Source: Selaginella moellendorffii
Taxonomy: Eukaryota; Plantae; Lycopodiophyta
DNA length: 64,000 nt
NCBI RefSeq assembly: GCF_000143415.4
Contig: NW_003314261.1
Span: forward strand, 868,001-932,000
Direction: 5' to 3'
Positions 1 through 12,120 of the stretch are shown in pieces. The position numbers and the translations under genes were made by a program. Position 1 is the first letter of the stretch. Each line of letters opens with the position of its first letter. A model generated the notes under the pieces. The model worked only from the letters and a program-made list of their open reading frames with translations, made no database searches and was not told the DNA's origin.

Positions 1-2135
1 TCTACCTTCCGGTGGTGAGCAAGAGCATTTGCGTGAGAATCGAGACCGATCTCGCCATCGCCGTGACACTTCTGCGAACACTCTCCGACTTGTTCTACAT
101 TCTACACATGGTTTTGGAGTTCCGGATGGGTTTCATCGCTCCCTCTTCGCAAGTTTTTGGGAAAGGAGAGCTCGTCGTGGATACGAAGCAAATTGCCAGG
201 AAGTATCTCACCAGGAACTTCTGGCTTGACTTGGTTGCCGTCTTGCCTCTTCCACAGGTCTGCCGTCTTTATTGTCTCTCTCTCTCATTTAGTTGTCTTT
301 TCTTCGTTCTTTCACTGGCAAGGCTAATCCAAACTTTTGTTCTAGTTCATAATCTGGATTTTGATACCAGTTCTGAAGAGCACACCGGCAGCAAGCACTA
401 AGACCGCCTTGAGATTCGTGGTCTTTTTCCAGTACCTCCCGCGGCTGCTCAGGATCTATCCGTTAACAATGAAGATGGTCAAGAGCACTGGAATGGTGCT
501 GGAGACTCCGTGGGCTGGAGCGGCATACAATCTTATACTTTTCATGCTCGCAAGTCATGTAAGTCTGTGTCGTGCCGTCTACATCCATCCAACTTTAAGG
601 AAACCGTTGTTGTTTATTCAGGTACTTGGCGCTACGTGGTACTTGCTAGCCGTGGAACGCCAGGACACTTGCTGGCGTAGAGAATGCCGGCGTGATACCA
701 CTTTTGGTATACACTTGTGCAAGCGCTTTCTGGACTGTCAAAGTCGGACAAATGGTTTATCCGGGCAGCGGGATCAATGGCTCAGCTCGACCGATATAAG
801 TCAACGATGCTCCGCCGATCAGGACAGCTTCAACTTTGGTATTTATAATGAAGCTCTCAAGAACGGAATCACAACAAACACCGCGTTCTTCAAGAAATAT
901 TTCTACTGTCTGTGGTGGGGATTGCGTAACCTGAGGTATGAGCGTCTTTTTATATTCTTAGACTCACAATGAACGTGCGCTCTGTAGTGCGCTGGGTCAA
1001 AATCTGGAAACAAGTACGTTTGTTTGGGAGATTCTGTTTGCTATTGTTATTGCGATCCTGGGATTAGTTCTGTTCGCTCTGCTCATTGGAAACATGCAGG
1101 TCGGTTGCCCTGTCTTTCTCAAAGCGTCATTCTTTTAGCTTCTTTTGTGTTTATGCAGACGTACTTGCAATCTGTTACAGTGAGGTTGGAACAAATGAGG
1201 CTTAAACGTCGTGACACAGAGCAGTGGATGAGCCACCGGCAATTGCCGCCTGAGCTACGTGATCGAGTACGGAGATATGACCAGCAGAAATGGGTGGCAA
1301 CAAGGGGAGTTGACGAAGAAGCGCTCGTCCAAAGCTTACCAGTTGACCTGAAAAGAGATATCAAGCGGCATCTCTGCCTGAATCTAGTTCGCAGGGTAAG
1401 TTGCTTGGCTATCTACTTTCATCTCGAGCTAAGTCATGATGTTTACAGGTCCCATTGTTTAGTCACATGGACGAACGACTTTTAGATGCTATGTGTGAGA
1501 GGCTTACCTCTGCTCTTCACACCGAAGGAACGTTTATTACTCGGGAAGGTGATCCTGTCAACGAGATGCTGTTTATTATCCGAGGAAACTTGGAAAGTGT
1601 AACTACAGATGGAGGGCGCACAGGTTTTTTGAACGTGAGCATTCTGGGGCCGGGAGATTTCTGTGGCGAAGAACTCTTGTCCTGGGCTTTGCTCCCAAAG
1701 CCGAAAAACCTTCCGACCTCGACTCGGACGGTTAAAGCGTTGAAAGAGGTGGAAGGTTTCTCTTTCAAAGCCGAGGACTTGAGATTTGTGGCCGGTCAGT
1801 TCCGAAGGATGCACAGCAAGCAGCTCCAGCATACGATACGCTACTACTCGCAGCAGTGGCGTACCTGGGCAGCTCAGTACATTCAAGCTGCCTGGAGACG
1901 TCACGTTAAGAAACAAGACCAAAAGCGGCAGCTCGAGTTACTATCCAGTCTCATAGACGACGGAGGGGCACCGCTTAAAACTTCTACTTCCATCAGCTTC
2001 GGAGCAGCCTTGTTCGCCTCTAAGTTTGCTGTCAACGCAATGCGGGGTGTCCAGCGGTTGAGATCAAGCAGAGCCACGGCTCGTTTACTTTACAAGCCCA
2101 GCGAGCCAGACTTTATGACCGATTACGAGGAGTGA
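1..2135 (+). CDS. CNGC: Cyclic nucleotide-gated cation channel (5' end outside window; about 6 exons visible)
   Basis: Spliced ORF pieces contain FWLDLVAVLPLPQ, ETPWAGAAYNL, pore-region YFYCLWWGLRNLS, C-linker KRRDTEQWMSHRQLP, CNBD (EGDPVNEMLFIIRG, GDFCGEELL, STRTV) and IQ motif IQAAWRRH. GT-AG introns at ~258-344, 559-621, ~936-987, 1100-1158 and 1396-1448; TGA at 2133-2135. Confidence 0.96.
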
Positions 2136-3862
2136 CTCTGGACAACCGAGGTCACAGTTTGAGAGCGCAGGTTTGATAACAGGAGATACGGAGTGCCGTC
2201 GCTCGGGTGTAGACTCAAAGCTCGCAGAGCCGCTGCTCCACCAATGCTGGAAGTAGTGTGGTGGTGAACGTTACAGGCAGAGAGAAGGCTCGTCCAAGCG
2301 GCAGCGTCGGGTTCGTACGGCATTAAGTCGAGAAGCTCCGAGGCTTGCTCTATCCAGCCAGATCGTCCCAGAGCATCAGCCAGGCAGACGTAGTGATCCA
2401 GCGCTGGAACAAGGCCGTGGTCGGGGATACAGGAGAAGAAGGTGTGAGCCGCGTGAAGAAGGCCGGCTTGAGCACACTTGGACAGGATAGCGATGAAAGT
2501 CACCTGGTCGGGATTGATACCATCGAGCTGCATCGATTGGAAGAGGTGGAGTGACTCCTGCCCTCGACCATTTTCAGCGTAGGACGAGACAAGGCTCGTC
2601 CACAACACCACGTCTTTGCAAGGCCAGGACACGAAGATTTCTCTGGCGGCCTCCAAGCTCGAGCACTTGCTATACATCCCGATCAAGGCATTGACGAGAA
2701 GTATATCGGGGTGGGAGACCTCCGAGTGGATTGCTCGTCCCAGCAACAGGTCCGCTTGGCTTCCACAGGCTTCTATCACAGCGAGGAAAGTTACATTGTC
2801 AGGATGAACGCCATCGAGATCCATAGCGCGGAAGAACCGAATCGCCGAGGCGAAATCGCCGGTTTGAGAGTAGGTGACAATCATCAAGTTCCAGGAGACA
2901 ACGTCCTTGGTGGGAATTTTTTGGAAGAGAAGCAAAGCTTCGTGAAAGTGGCCGTTTTTGGTGTAAGCTCCAAGCATGGAGTTCCAGGAGACAACGTCGT
3001 GGTGTGGAGATGTGTCGAAAATTTGCTTAGCTTCGTGGAGATGCCCGTGTTGGGCATACGCATGTATCATAGCGCTGGAAGTAAAATCATCTTTGTTGTG
3101 GCAGCTGGTGTATATTCTTCTAGATTCCTGGATTTTCCCTGCCTGGGTATATGCGTTTACCATGATGGTCGTGGTGACAGCATCGCGTAGATGCCCGGGC
3201 ATGGAATCTAGTAAAGATTCCGCTTTGTGTAGATGCCCGGTCTGGGCATATGCTGCTAGGAGAGAGTTCCACGTCACAGAGTTTCGTACAGCCATTGCGT
3301 CGAACGTAGCTTGGGCCATTTCCAACTGGCCAGTTCTTCCGTACGTAGAGATGAGGGTGTTCCACGAGATAATGTCCTTGTTGGGCATGCGATCGAAGAG
3401 GAGTTTAGATTCGTCTAGATTCCCTTGTTGGGCATACGCTGCGAGCATTGCGTTCCAGGAAATCGTGTCGCGAGAGGGCATTTGATCGAAGAGCTCACGC
3501 GCTTCGCCCGGACGATCGCGCTCGCCATACGCAGTGATGAGACAATTCCAAGAGATTGGGTCTTGGCTTCTCTCTCTCTCGGGCATCTGGTCGAAGAGGG
3601 CGCGCGCGGTGTCAATCTGGCCGTTGTGGGCGAATGCCGCGATCACGATGTTCCAGGAGAAGGAATTGGGCTTGTCGATCGACTGGAAGGCGGCCAGGGC
3701 GTCGGCCGTGCTCCCGCAGCGCCCATACATCTCCACGACAAGATTGGCGAGAAATCTACTGTTGCGATGCTTGCTGTGGCGAATTCGATTGTGGAGAGCC
3801 CGGGCATGGGCGAGATCGCGAGTGCGCCCACACGATCGCAGCTGCGCTGCCAATTCCTCCAT
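2123..3862 (-). CDS. PLS-class pentatricopeptide repeat protein with (partial) E domain, intronless
   Basis: 579 aa ORF with repeated motifs (VEMYGRCG, SWNAMLAAYAQ, PDNVTFLAV, HYVCLADALGRSG, MPYEPDAAAWTSLL, YLLLSN). No DYW domain. Confidence 0.92.
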   Translation of the reverse strand: MEELAAQLRSCGRTRDLAHARALHNRIRHSKHRNSRFLANLVVEMYGRCGSTADALAAFQSIDKPNSFSWNIVIAAFAHNGQIDTARALFDQMPERERSQDPISWNCLITAYGERDRPGEARELFDQMPSRDTISWNAMLAAYAQQGNLDESKLLFDRMPNKDIISWNTLISTYGRTGQLEMAQATFDAMAVRNSVTWNSLLAAYAQTGHLHKAESLLDSMPGHLRDAVTTTIMVNAYTQAGKIQESRRIYTSCHNKDDFTSSAMIHAYAQHGHLHEAKQIFDTSPHHDVVSWNSMLGAYTKNGHFHEALLLFQKIPTKDVVSWNLMIVTYSQTGDFASAIRFFRAMDLDGVHPDNVTFLAVIEACGSQADLLLGRAIHSEVSHPDILLVNALIGMYSKCSSLEAAREIFVSWPCKDVVLWTSLVSSYAENGRGQESLHLFQSMQLDGINPDQVTFIAILSKCAQAGLLHAAHTFFSCIPDHGLVPALDHYVCLADALGRSGWIEQASELLDLMPYEPDAAAWTSLLSACNVHHHTTSSIGGAAALRALSLHPSDGTPYLLLSNLRSQTVTSVVQSHSS

Positions 3863-3950
3863 TCCATTTCGAAAGAGAAGATCGTTTAAACCCTAGCCGC
3901 TTTAAAGCCATAAACCCTGAACCCATTTTTAGGGTTCTTTGTTTCTCGCG
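3863..3950. promoter_or_regulatory. 88-bp bidirectional promoter with telo-box-like motifs
   Basis: Lies between divergent ATGs at 3862 (-) and 3951 (+). Contains AAACCCTAG at 3888, AAACCCTGA at 3912 and TAGGGTT at 3930. Confidence 0.65.
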
Positions 3951-5865
3951 ATGCGTGCTACTGTGTCGAGGGCGTGGAGAATCATCGCCGCGCCATCCAG
4001 GTAACGGCGATTCCCAGGCGCATTTTAGCTGCAATCTCATCCCCGCGCTCTTCTAGATGGAGTAATGGCCAGCATTCTTTCGCTCCTCCGCGGCTAAATC
4101 CCTCTGCGAGTCTTGGCTGCCGGAGAGCGTATGCCGAAGAGGCGGGGGCCAAGGTTGAAGATGAGAGTGGCAACGATCCGGAAGAAGGGAAGAAGGAGAA
4201 GGGCAGCCTCGTTAGCCTGTGCTTAAAGACTCCCGATCTCTCTGTGAGGAGGATCGAGGCATGGGCCGCCCAAGGCAACACTGTCACGCAGGGAAATATC
4301 TCCGAGGTCATCGAAGCTCTTTGTGTCCAGAAGAGATTTCTCGCAGCATTGCGGGTAAGTACTTTCTTCTTTTCTTTCTCCTCTTCCATTTCTTGCTTCT
4401 TATTTTCTGCGTGTTGTTCTCGTATCTGTGCTTTCTTCTTCTTCGTTTCCTTAGTCATAGAGTTTCTTTGTTCTTGCGCATTGATTTATTTTCTCGCTTC
4501 TTAGTTTTGGCGTGTTCTCGTCGAGTGACTGTGATTTGTTTTTCGTTCTCTAAAGTTTGTTTGTAACAGGTGATGGAATTCGCTCGCCAGAGGACTGATT
4601 TTGTCTTCTCGCTCGAGGATGCCAAGCAGGAGGTGACCATTGCAACTCGCAAGCTTGGGTCCTTCGCAGGGCAGAAAAAAATCAATTCCCTCCCTGAGAA
4701 GTTCCGGTCCAACGAGGAAGTAGTAGCTGCATACCTCCGGGCTCTGACAAGGATCAACGCGGCGTCCAAGGCACTTTCTCTCATCAAAGATCTCAAGCCC
4801 ACCACTCCAGCGCTCTACAGCTCCATGATCTCCGTGTACGCCTTCTTGGCCATGCACGAGAAGATGCTGGCTCTTTACACCGACATGAAGGAGCTGGGAG
4901 TCAAGCCGACTCTGGAGATCGTCATGCTGATGCTTCTCAAGTACCACAAGAGGGTTGGGGGTCTTCCAGGAATCGAGGAAGAAGCTCGAGCTGCTCTGGA
5001 AGAGATTGATCCGCGTGCCGCAGAGCCATTGATCCGGAACTACATGCTGGAGATGTATGGATACTTGGGCGATCGAGACAAAGTCGAGAACATCTGGAGC
5101 ATCATACGGGCCCAGCCGGGAGGGACCTTTCGCAACTGTTACTTCAGTGCAATGCTCGCGTTTGGCTACCTCCGGGACGTGGACAGAGCCGAGGAGCTAC
5201 TCCGGGAGTCCGTGGAGGTGGTCAAGGTGATCCCGGGAAGAAACCAGTACTTTAAGATGCTCGACGTGTACGCCAAGATGGGGATGATGGACAAGGCGGA
5301 GAAGCTCTTGGAGGAGAGAGCCGAGGATCAGTACCGGAACTTCTATCCTTGCAACGCTCTGGTGGAGGGATACTTGTCCTTAAACGACCCGGACAAGGCT
5401 TTGAAGAAGATGGAGGAGCTCGGATCGAGCCGCCCGAGCTACGAGGCAGTTGTGGGCCTCCTTCCGGTGCTCGAGAGCAAAAAAGACACACTCGCCACCA
5501 AGAAGTTGATCCGTGCCTATCTGTTCCAGTACCGTGGAGACGTCTACCTCTATAACAAGATGCTCAAAGTTTACGTCGCGGCGGGAAAGCGGCCGGGGCC
5601 GAGAATGTTGGCCAGGTTTGAGATCGATCCAAACGACGAGACCCGCGAGCTCATGAAGGTCATTGAGGGGTTCCCAGAGCCTACGGAATCGGAGGATGTC
5701 ATCATGGAAGAAAGCGAGAAGAAGGTCGAGAAGAAGGTGGAAGACAAGCCATCAGCAGAGAGTAAGAAGAACAAGAGCAAGAACAAGAAAAAGAAGAACG
5801 AGGAATCATCCAAGCAAGAGAAGAGGCCTGAAGGAAAGTGGGAGTTTCTACAATCTTTGGTTTAA
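3951..5865 (+). CDS. P-type PPR protein, probably mitochondrial; exons 3951-4000, 4057-4354, 4570-5865
   Basis: Splicing at GT-AG sites gives the Arg/Ser/Ala-rich presequence MRATVSRAWRIIAAPSRWSNG. This is followed by degenerate P repeats (YSSMISVYA, NYMLEMYGYLGD, YFKMLDVYAKMG, CNALVEGY) and a Lys/Glu-rich tail. Confidence 0.85.
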
Positions 5866-6899
5866 AGTCTAGCTTGTTTATACTAGTGTTTCTTGTAAGC
5901 TTCAAAGTTAGAATGAGAGATTTCTAGCTTCTAGTTCCACTTCTTTGTCTTTTGGGTGTCTTTCTTCTTTTGATCTTTGTCTTGCAGTTTATCATTGTTC
6001 ATGGCAATCGTTTGTTAAAGACCTCTTTAAACTCCTTTCCAAAACAACAATCGTCAATGCAAAACAGCAGGCGGTGCACACTCCCTGCAACAGCGGCGTC
6101 TTCTCAAACTTGCCAACGAGCCACTTGGCGAGCTATCCTGGGCGGTGAAGTAGAGCGGGATTTTGAGGCGGTAATCGATCCCCTATTGTCCACCACGTCC
6201 GACACGAAAGCCAGGCTTGAAACCGGGCGATCGGAGCTGCTGTTCTTGCGCTGCTGCGAGCTCAATGCCGCATATTCCATTTTCTTCGTAACAAATACTT
6301 AAACTATTTTAAAGTACATGTATTCTCCACTTTTTGACCGGGTCCTAAAAAAATATACACAAAAACATCGAGTCATTTGGTACCAAAAACTCCTTGAGCC
6401 ATCAAAGGGCTGGAGATTTGCGAAAATGGTAGCAGCCAATCGCTCCATCAGCAATGAGAGCAAGAAACAGGAACAGAAAAAAGAAAAGAAAAGTAACAAG
6501 CCACAATCTTGTGCTCAAATACCATGAAGAGAAAACAAGTTGCAATTCACATGTAAATCACACTTTATATACAAGCTATTCCTGACTGATTGGTGCGTGA
6601 TTCCTGGAGACCTGAGCAGATCAACAACTGCTACCTTCGACAAGCTTGATGAGACATTGAAACATTAATCTCAGTGATCATCAAAGTGGACATCATGGCA
6701 GTAGTAATGTCATCATGTACCTACATAGGATAGAACCTATATGGTTTTTAGTATAAAAAGCTCCATTGACAAAATATTTATCAAATATCAATAGAGCAAT
6801 CTCAAAGGCAAAAACTCTCTATGGCAGCTCTTTTTGAGGTAATTACAATATGCCAAGCCTTAAATCACTATATCACTCATTTACTTTGTTGAGTGCGGA

Positions 6900-8050
6900 A
6901 GGATAAATCAACGATGTTTAAAAACGTATCCTCAGCCCGCGAAAGTTTGTGGAGTAAAGTGTGAGGGAGTGCAGGTAATGACTGGCAAATTGAATGGTCC
7001 CGAAGGAAGTTTTTCAAAATTTCTTCTTCTAGCAAGAAACCAGAGAGGTATGGAAATATTAAAGCATTGAAAGGATTAAGAGGAGAAGATTCATTCTCTC
7101 ATGCTGCTATAAGATGCTGATAAGGGGATAGAGAAATCTGTTTTCATGGTCAACCAGCTATTGGAAAATAGTGGAGTTTGATGTAATTGATAAGAGATTT
7201 GATGGGATGCAAATAAAATTATCTAGCAATCCTAGAAACAGAGATGGACCAAAATTCAGCTCAACTCATTAGTTGAGCTTAATTTCAACTCAGTCAAGGG
7301 TAGTCAATGAAAGTCTAACATAGCCTTTGAAACTTACATTTACTTTGAATTGACTCTGTTGGCATTTTGTTGATTAAGCTGACTTTCATTGACTTTTTGA
7401 CTCAAAAGTATGCTTTTAACGTTTTGAGAGGGAATCCTCTCGTTTTTGAAGTGCAAATTCTTGATGGGTGGGATTACTGAGTTTAAATACTGTTAGTTGG
7501 GAGAATGAAGAATTGAGAAACTATTGGAGTTCTTAGATGTTTTGCCAACTGAACGTTTATCTGCCCCTTGAAGTCACCCTTTGGTTGGAGCCTCTGTCTT
7601 GTTCATATGTAAAAAAGATGGTGTGTCGACTATTATGCCTTGAACGAGGTAATGGCGAGGAACAATTATGCAATACCACGTGGTGATGCCAACTTTCTGT
7701 ACTCTTGTGAATCAAGTTTTTGCGGACTATCCTCAAGCACTTTGAACATTTGCAAATGGCATTTCAAATGATTGCGCAAGAATAAACTTTATGCTAAGAA
7801 AACCAAATGCGAGTTTGAGGTTCAATCCTAAGAAACTTCACACTTCATGGCATTTGTTTCCAATCCAAGATTGACTCGATCCACCAAGGATTGGATTCCT
7901 TCCAAGTATATTGTCCGACTTTGGATGAGTGTTGTATGATGCGTCCAACTTTGCATTGAAGATGATTATCCAGTTTCATACTTCTAGAGGAAGTGCAATG
8001 ACATTGAAGCCATTGTGCAGTCACTCCAGCAGAGGTGATAACGGATCATT
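6900..8050 (+). mobile_element. Highly decayed Ty3/Gypsy pol remnant
   Basis: About 7590-7680 translates to GASVLFICKKDG..VDYYALNEVMARNNYAIPR (Gypsy RT motif), and 7930 gives YDASNFAL (RNase H). Many stops and deletions; boundaries approximate. Confidence 0.7.
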
Positions 8051-8134
8051 GGACCTTGCGGCATTTCTTAGAGCATTCATTTATATATCCTTTTCTTTGC
8101 AGTTTCCACTTTCAAAAACATGGATTGTGAAGCT

Positions 8135-8345
8135 CAATCAGCTCGAACAGCTCGTGAGCTCGTCGGCCATGTCACCAACAAACTCCACTCCCAAGCCCGG
8201 TACTGCGAGAAGATCTCCGCCGCGCTCGACACATCTCCGCATTTTCCATACATGTTGATGGCCGCTGCTCCAGCAGTGACGTCGAACTTCTCGCCGCTCG
8301 AATAGACAGCACTGCCGTCCGAGAGAGCTGTGAAGGCCGCGCAGA
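8135..8345 (-). pseudogene. Inverted partial duplicate of the PPR pseudogene at ~10822-11080
   Basis: Encodes CAAFTALSDGSAVYSS-GEKFDVTAGAAAINMYGKCGDVSSAAEIFSQ, near-identical to ORF 10365-11240 but on the opposite strand with small deletions. Confidence 0.85.
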
Positions 8346-8429
8346 CGTCGAGAAACTGGAGAAACTTTCTGCAAAGGTACGACTGCAGAGAAAGTAACCT
8401 CCCTTTTCTCTTTCGCACTCACTCTATAG

Positions 8430-9850
8430 CCATCAGCTTTGATCTGCAGCAGTCACCCTTGACATCACCCTACATCGACACGGAGAATTTCTCGCCCGAG
8501 TGGTGGTGCCAACTCTTGGGGAACAAGAAATCTTCGAATTAAGGGAAAGCTCATCCAGATACAGTTTAATCCTTCTTCTTCTTCGCTGCCAACTTCTGCA
8601 TGCTGTCCCCACATCGTGGTCGGCGTTTGGTGGACTTCTTAATTCAGTTACGCTCGGGCTCGGGATAGTGGTGCTTCCAGTTTTGCATCCGCCCGAGCCC
8701 GAGCCCGAGCCAGAGCCAGAGCTCGAGCCCAAGACAAGAGGCACTGTTGAGCTGGTACTCCAAGCCCGAGACACTTTGTATTGTACAATGTACACCCCTG
8801 TTGACAGCTTGGAAGGAATTTCCTTTGCTATGTCCTCAAACGAAAAAAACTCTCCGACAACATCGATGAAAACGTGCTTTGCCAGGGCTCACTTTCTACA
8901 CTCCAGGACGATCTCACTGGTGTAATCAATCACGATCATTTCACAAAACTGATTTGACAGTTTTTCGAGTGTTTGGATCAGAATGTCCCTTGCAAAATCG
9001 GAGACGAATCGTAGTGTCCTCGGCACCTTCCAGAACCCATCTCATATTAAGAAACTTGAGCAAACAACCTCCACCCTTTCTGGAACAAACAACAAACGCC
9101 TGAACTGCAGCAATTCGATCGGCCGCAGGCACCGCGCACCATCCTTTCTAGAGCAGTCACCATGACCTTGACTTGTTTCATAGCTTTAAAGTCGCACTTC
9201 GCTTTGGATGCAGTGACGTACTCGGACACGAGCAAAGGAAGCCTCCAGGTCAGGTATAGGAAATCGCTCCCCTCCGCAATTCCATGCGCACCGAGAAAGG
9301 TTTGAGCTTCCCCCACCGTGAACACTGCAATTTTTCGGTACAAAAGGCAATCTATGGCACTTAACAAACTCCTCATGACAAAGAGTCTTGGAGCATAAAC
9401 TCTCAACGGACTCAATATTTCCTCTAATGTCCGCCACCCTGGGTTCATCTAGTTTCTGATAGTTATCGATGAGAAAGACAAAGTCGTTTGACTCCCCCAA
9501 CTTTTCGATGCACTTCCTCAACTGCTCAAACTCCTTTTGAAACGCAATTTCCCTTTGAAGTGATACATCCAAGAAAGAGAGCTTTTTGCAGATTCGAGAA
9601 GAGGTCCTGGGCATTTGAAGGGATATCAGGAAAGTAGATCGGTCGGTTTGGCTTCTCTTCTGCTTAGGTGACATCGACCTCCTGGATCTTCTTTCCTGAA
9701 GCCTGAGCTCTGTTCCATTCGTGGCCACTACGGAGGCATCCGTGCTCAACAAGCTTCGGAACGAGCGGCTTGTAATGGAATCCAAGGTCTTCAACCGTCA
9801 GCCTCTCTAGCAGCCATTTTGCCGTCCATTGCATTCCACAAAAAGGCGGC
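8430..9850 (-). pseudogene. Frameshifted orphan gene, possibly P-loop NTPase-like
   Basis: Protein-like segments occur in several frames (FVFLIDNYQKL; FTVGEAQTFL...LTWRLPLLV; DVVGEFFSFEDIAKEIP). There are in-frame stops and no recognisable Walker A. Confidence 0.35.
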
Positions 9851-9969
9851 AAATTCCTTAGAAGCTCCGCCAGATAATCCTCTGGCGAGGACGTAGCTTA
9901 ACCCTATCCTAAAACTCCATAAACCAATTATATAACCCTAAAAATGCCTTTAGTGTTTTGATTGGTTTG

Positions 9970-11240
9970 CATGGAAGATTCATTGCGTGAAACCAAAAGG
10001 GCCAGACTGGATCGGGGAAACTGAGCGTCTTCGATCAAATGCCCGAGTGGAAGCTTGTCTCTCGGAACTCAATGCTGGCGGGGCTGGGATCCAACGGGGA
10101 GGTTGCGGCCGCGGAGGAGATGTTTGAGCTGCGAGCCGGAGGGGAACTCGATGATCGCGGCCTACGCTCGCCACGGGAGCTTCTCTCGAGCTCTGAGCTT
10201 GCTCAAGCGGATGGACTTGGACGGTGAGCCTCCATACCCTACGTGGATCACCATCCTCGACTGCTGCGACAATCTCCACCATGGAAGTCTTCTCCACAAA
10301 AAACTGGAGCTCTCGCTTGATCTCCGCTTGGACGTAGACTTGAGTTGCCTGCTCATCAACATGTATGGGAAATGCCGCAGCTTGGAAGGCGCTCGCAAGT
10401 CCTTCGAGAAGAGCTCTGCCACCACCAGTGTCAGATCCTGGACTGCCTCGGAGCGTTCGTGGCAAACGACTCAAGCCGGAGAGCGATCAAGAGCTTCCAC
10501 AAGATGGTACTAGAAGGCGTCCACTTCGACAAGGTGGCGGTGCTGAGCGTCCTGGAAGCCTGCTCTGGAGCCGGAGACTTGGACAGAGCTGCTCCTATAC
10601 GGTTGAGAGAGGCTCGCTCAACATGTACGTCAAGTGTGGGAGATTCGAGCAGTCGAAGCTCGTCTTCGATGCCTTTCCGGAGAAGACCCTCGTGTCATGG
10701 ACGTCGATGGTGTCGAGCTATGCCGGGAGCGGACGCTCTGCCGAGGCGCTGAAAGCTTTCAAGCTCATGGACTTGGCCGGCCTGAGAATGGACGGTGTCG
10801 CTCTGGCTTGCATCTTCGATGCGTGCGCGGCCTTCACAGCTCTCTCGGACGGCAGCGCTGTCTACTCGAGCGTCGAGGCGAGCGGCGAGATGCTCGATGT
10901 CACTGCTGGAGCAGCCGCCATCAACATGTATGGAAAATGCGGAGATGTGTCGAGCGCGGCGGAGATCTTCTCGCAGGACGGGGCCTGGGAGTGGAGTTTG
11001 ATGCTCTGCACGACCACAGTGGCGGCCTTTGCTCGAAACGGACATGGCCGACGAGCTTGCGAGCTGTTTGAGTTGACTGAGCGTCAAGGACTAGAACTGG
11101 ACGTTGTCAGCTTCACCACCATTCTTGCTGCGTGTAGCGCTGCCGGGCTGCTCCACGATGGTCACGGGTACTTTGTTTCCATGAGAGGGGACTATGCTCT
11201 CGCTGCCACCATGGATCACTACGTTTGCGTCATCTCATGA
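9970..11240 (+). pseudogene. PLS-class PPR pseudogene (multiple frameshifts, 3' truncated)
   Basis: PPR motifs (NSMIAAYARHG, INMYGKCRSLE, NMYVKCGRFE, SFTTILAACS, DHYVCVI) are spread over overlapping ORFs in different frames. It stops abruptly after HYVCVI. Confidence 0.88.
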
Positions 11241-11960
11241 GCTAGACCGGACCACAACGCTTGTTTATGCATGGCCGCAGACGCACCTTGCAGGAAACGC
11301 CTACGCTCTAGAGCAATACGTGCCTGCAAAAACACGCAAGTTCCAACAATCTATCCACGAACACTCCACCTTTGTCACGGCAAGGAGTGCTGATGCATGT
11401 GAATTTTGCGTGATGAACTCCGTGAACGACGCTGGCAAGGGGTTCTCGGCAACATCCGCTGGGAAGTTCCGTCGATGAACTTCTCTCAGAGCGTGGGCCG
11501 AGAGCTGCCATAATAGCTCCACAAATCTAGAGAAGGAAAAAACGAAAAAAACTCAATCATAGGAACCACGGAGGCAAAACAAGACCCACCTCTGACCACA
11601 GCATGGAAACCCGAGAGCTACTCCGAGGTAAAGCCCCTTGAGCCTCTAGCTCGTTGATAAGACCCTGGACAATCTGGAAAGAAAGAAATTTCTTTCCAGA
11701 AACACAGCGAAAGAATGCGTATTACTGTTTCCGGAAGTCGCGAGACTGTGCCGCATCGAAAATCGGCCAGACACCGGCGAAATCCTGTGAGATCGAGCGT
11801 GAGCGCCTCAAATCAACCTACATTCTCGCCGTCTTCCCCACCTTGGTGGCCAGCGATAGCAGCGCCTCGCCGACTCGCGGATTGCAGCACCTTGCCCTAG
11901 AATGCTGGCATCCAGAGCAAGCATCTCCGTCTCCTTGTCGCGGATCACATCCTCCTTGGA
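11219..11960 (-). pseudogene. AUG6: Augmin/HAUS6 subunit 5' fragment pseudogene with introns
   Basis: Exon translations [71 protein letters not shown] and [11 protein letters not shown]...[10 protein letters not shown] match the plant AUG6 N-terminus as I recall it. There is a frameshifting deletion near 11603 and truncation after AHEMT. Confidence 0.85.
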
Positions 11961-12073
11961 GCGTCTCCCTAGCAAAGACTCAGTGCAAAGCCAAAGAGCT
12001 GGCCAAATTTAACCTAAATTTAATGATAACTCCCATTAAATGAGAAAATAGAGGTTTAACGGGAGGAATGGTT

Positions 12074-12120
12074 TTTTTAATCGGGGCCGTTCGATCTGTT
12101 GGATCCGACGGCTGTGAGGC
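12074..12120. promoter_or_regulatory. Paired MSA-like elements between AUG6 pseudogene and formin
   Basis: GCCGTTCGATC...GATCCGACGGC is an inverted pair resembling the MYB3R-bound MSA core (YCYAACGG). A homologous copy lies at 48508-48554. Confidence 0.5.

Noticed and set aside
5880-6530. Short ORFs with coding-like GC content
   Set aside because: No recognisable motif or consistent frame. It may be a gene relic but cannot be supported.
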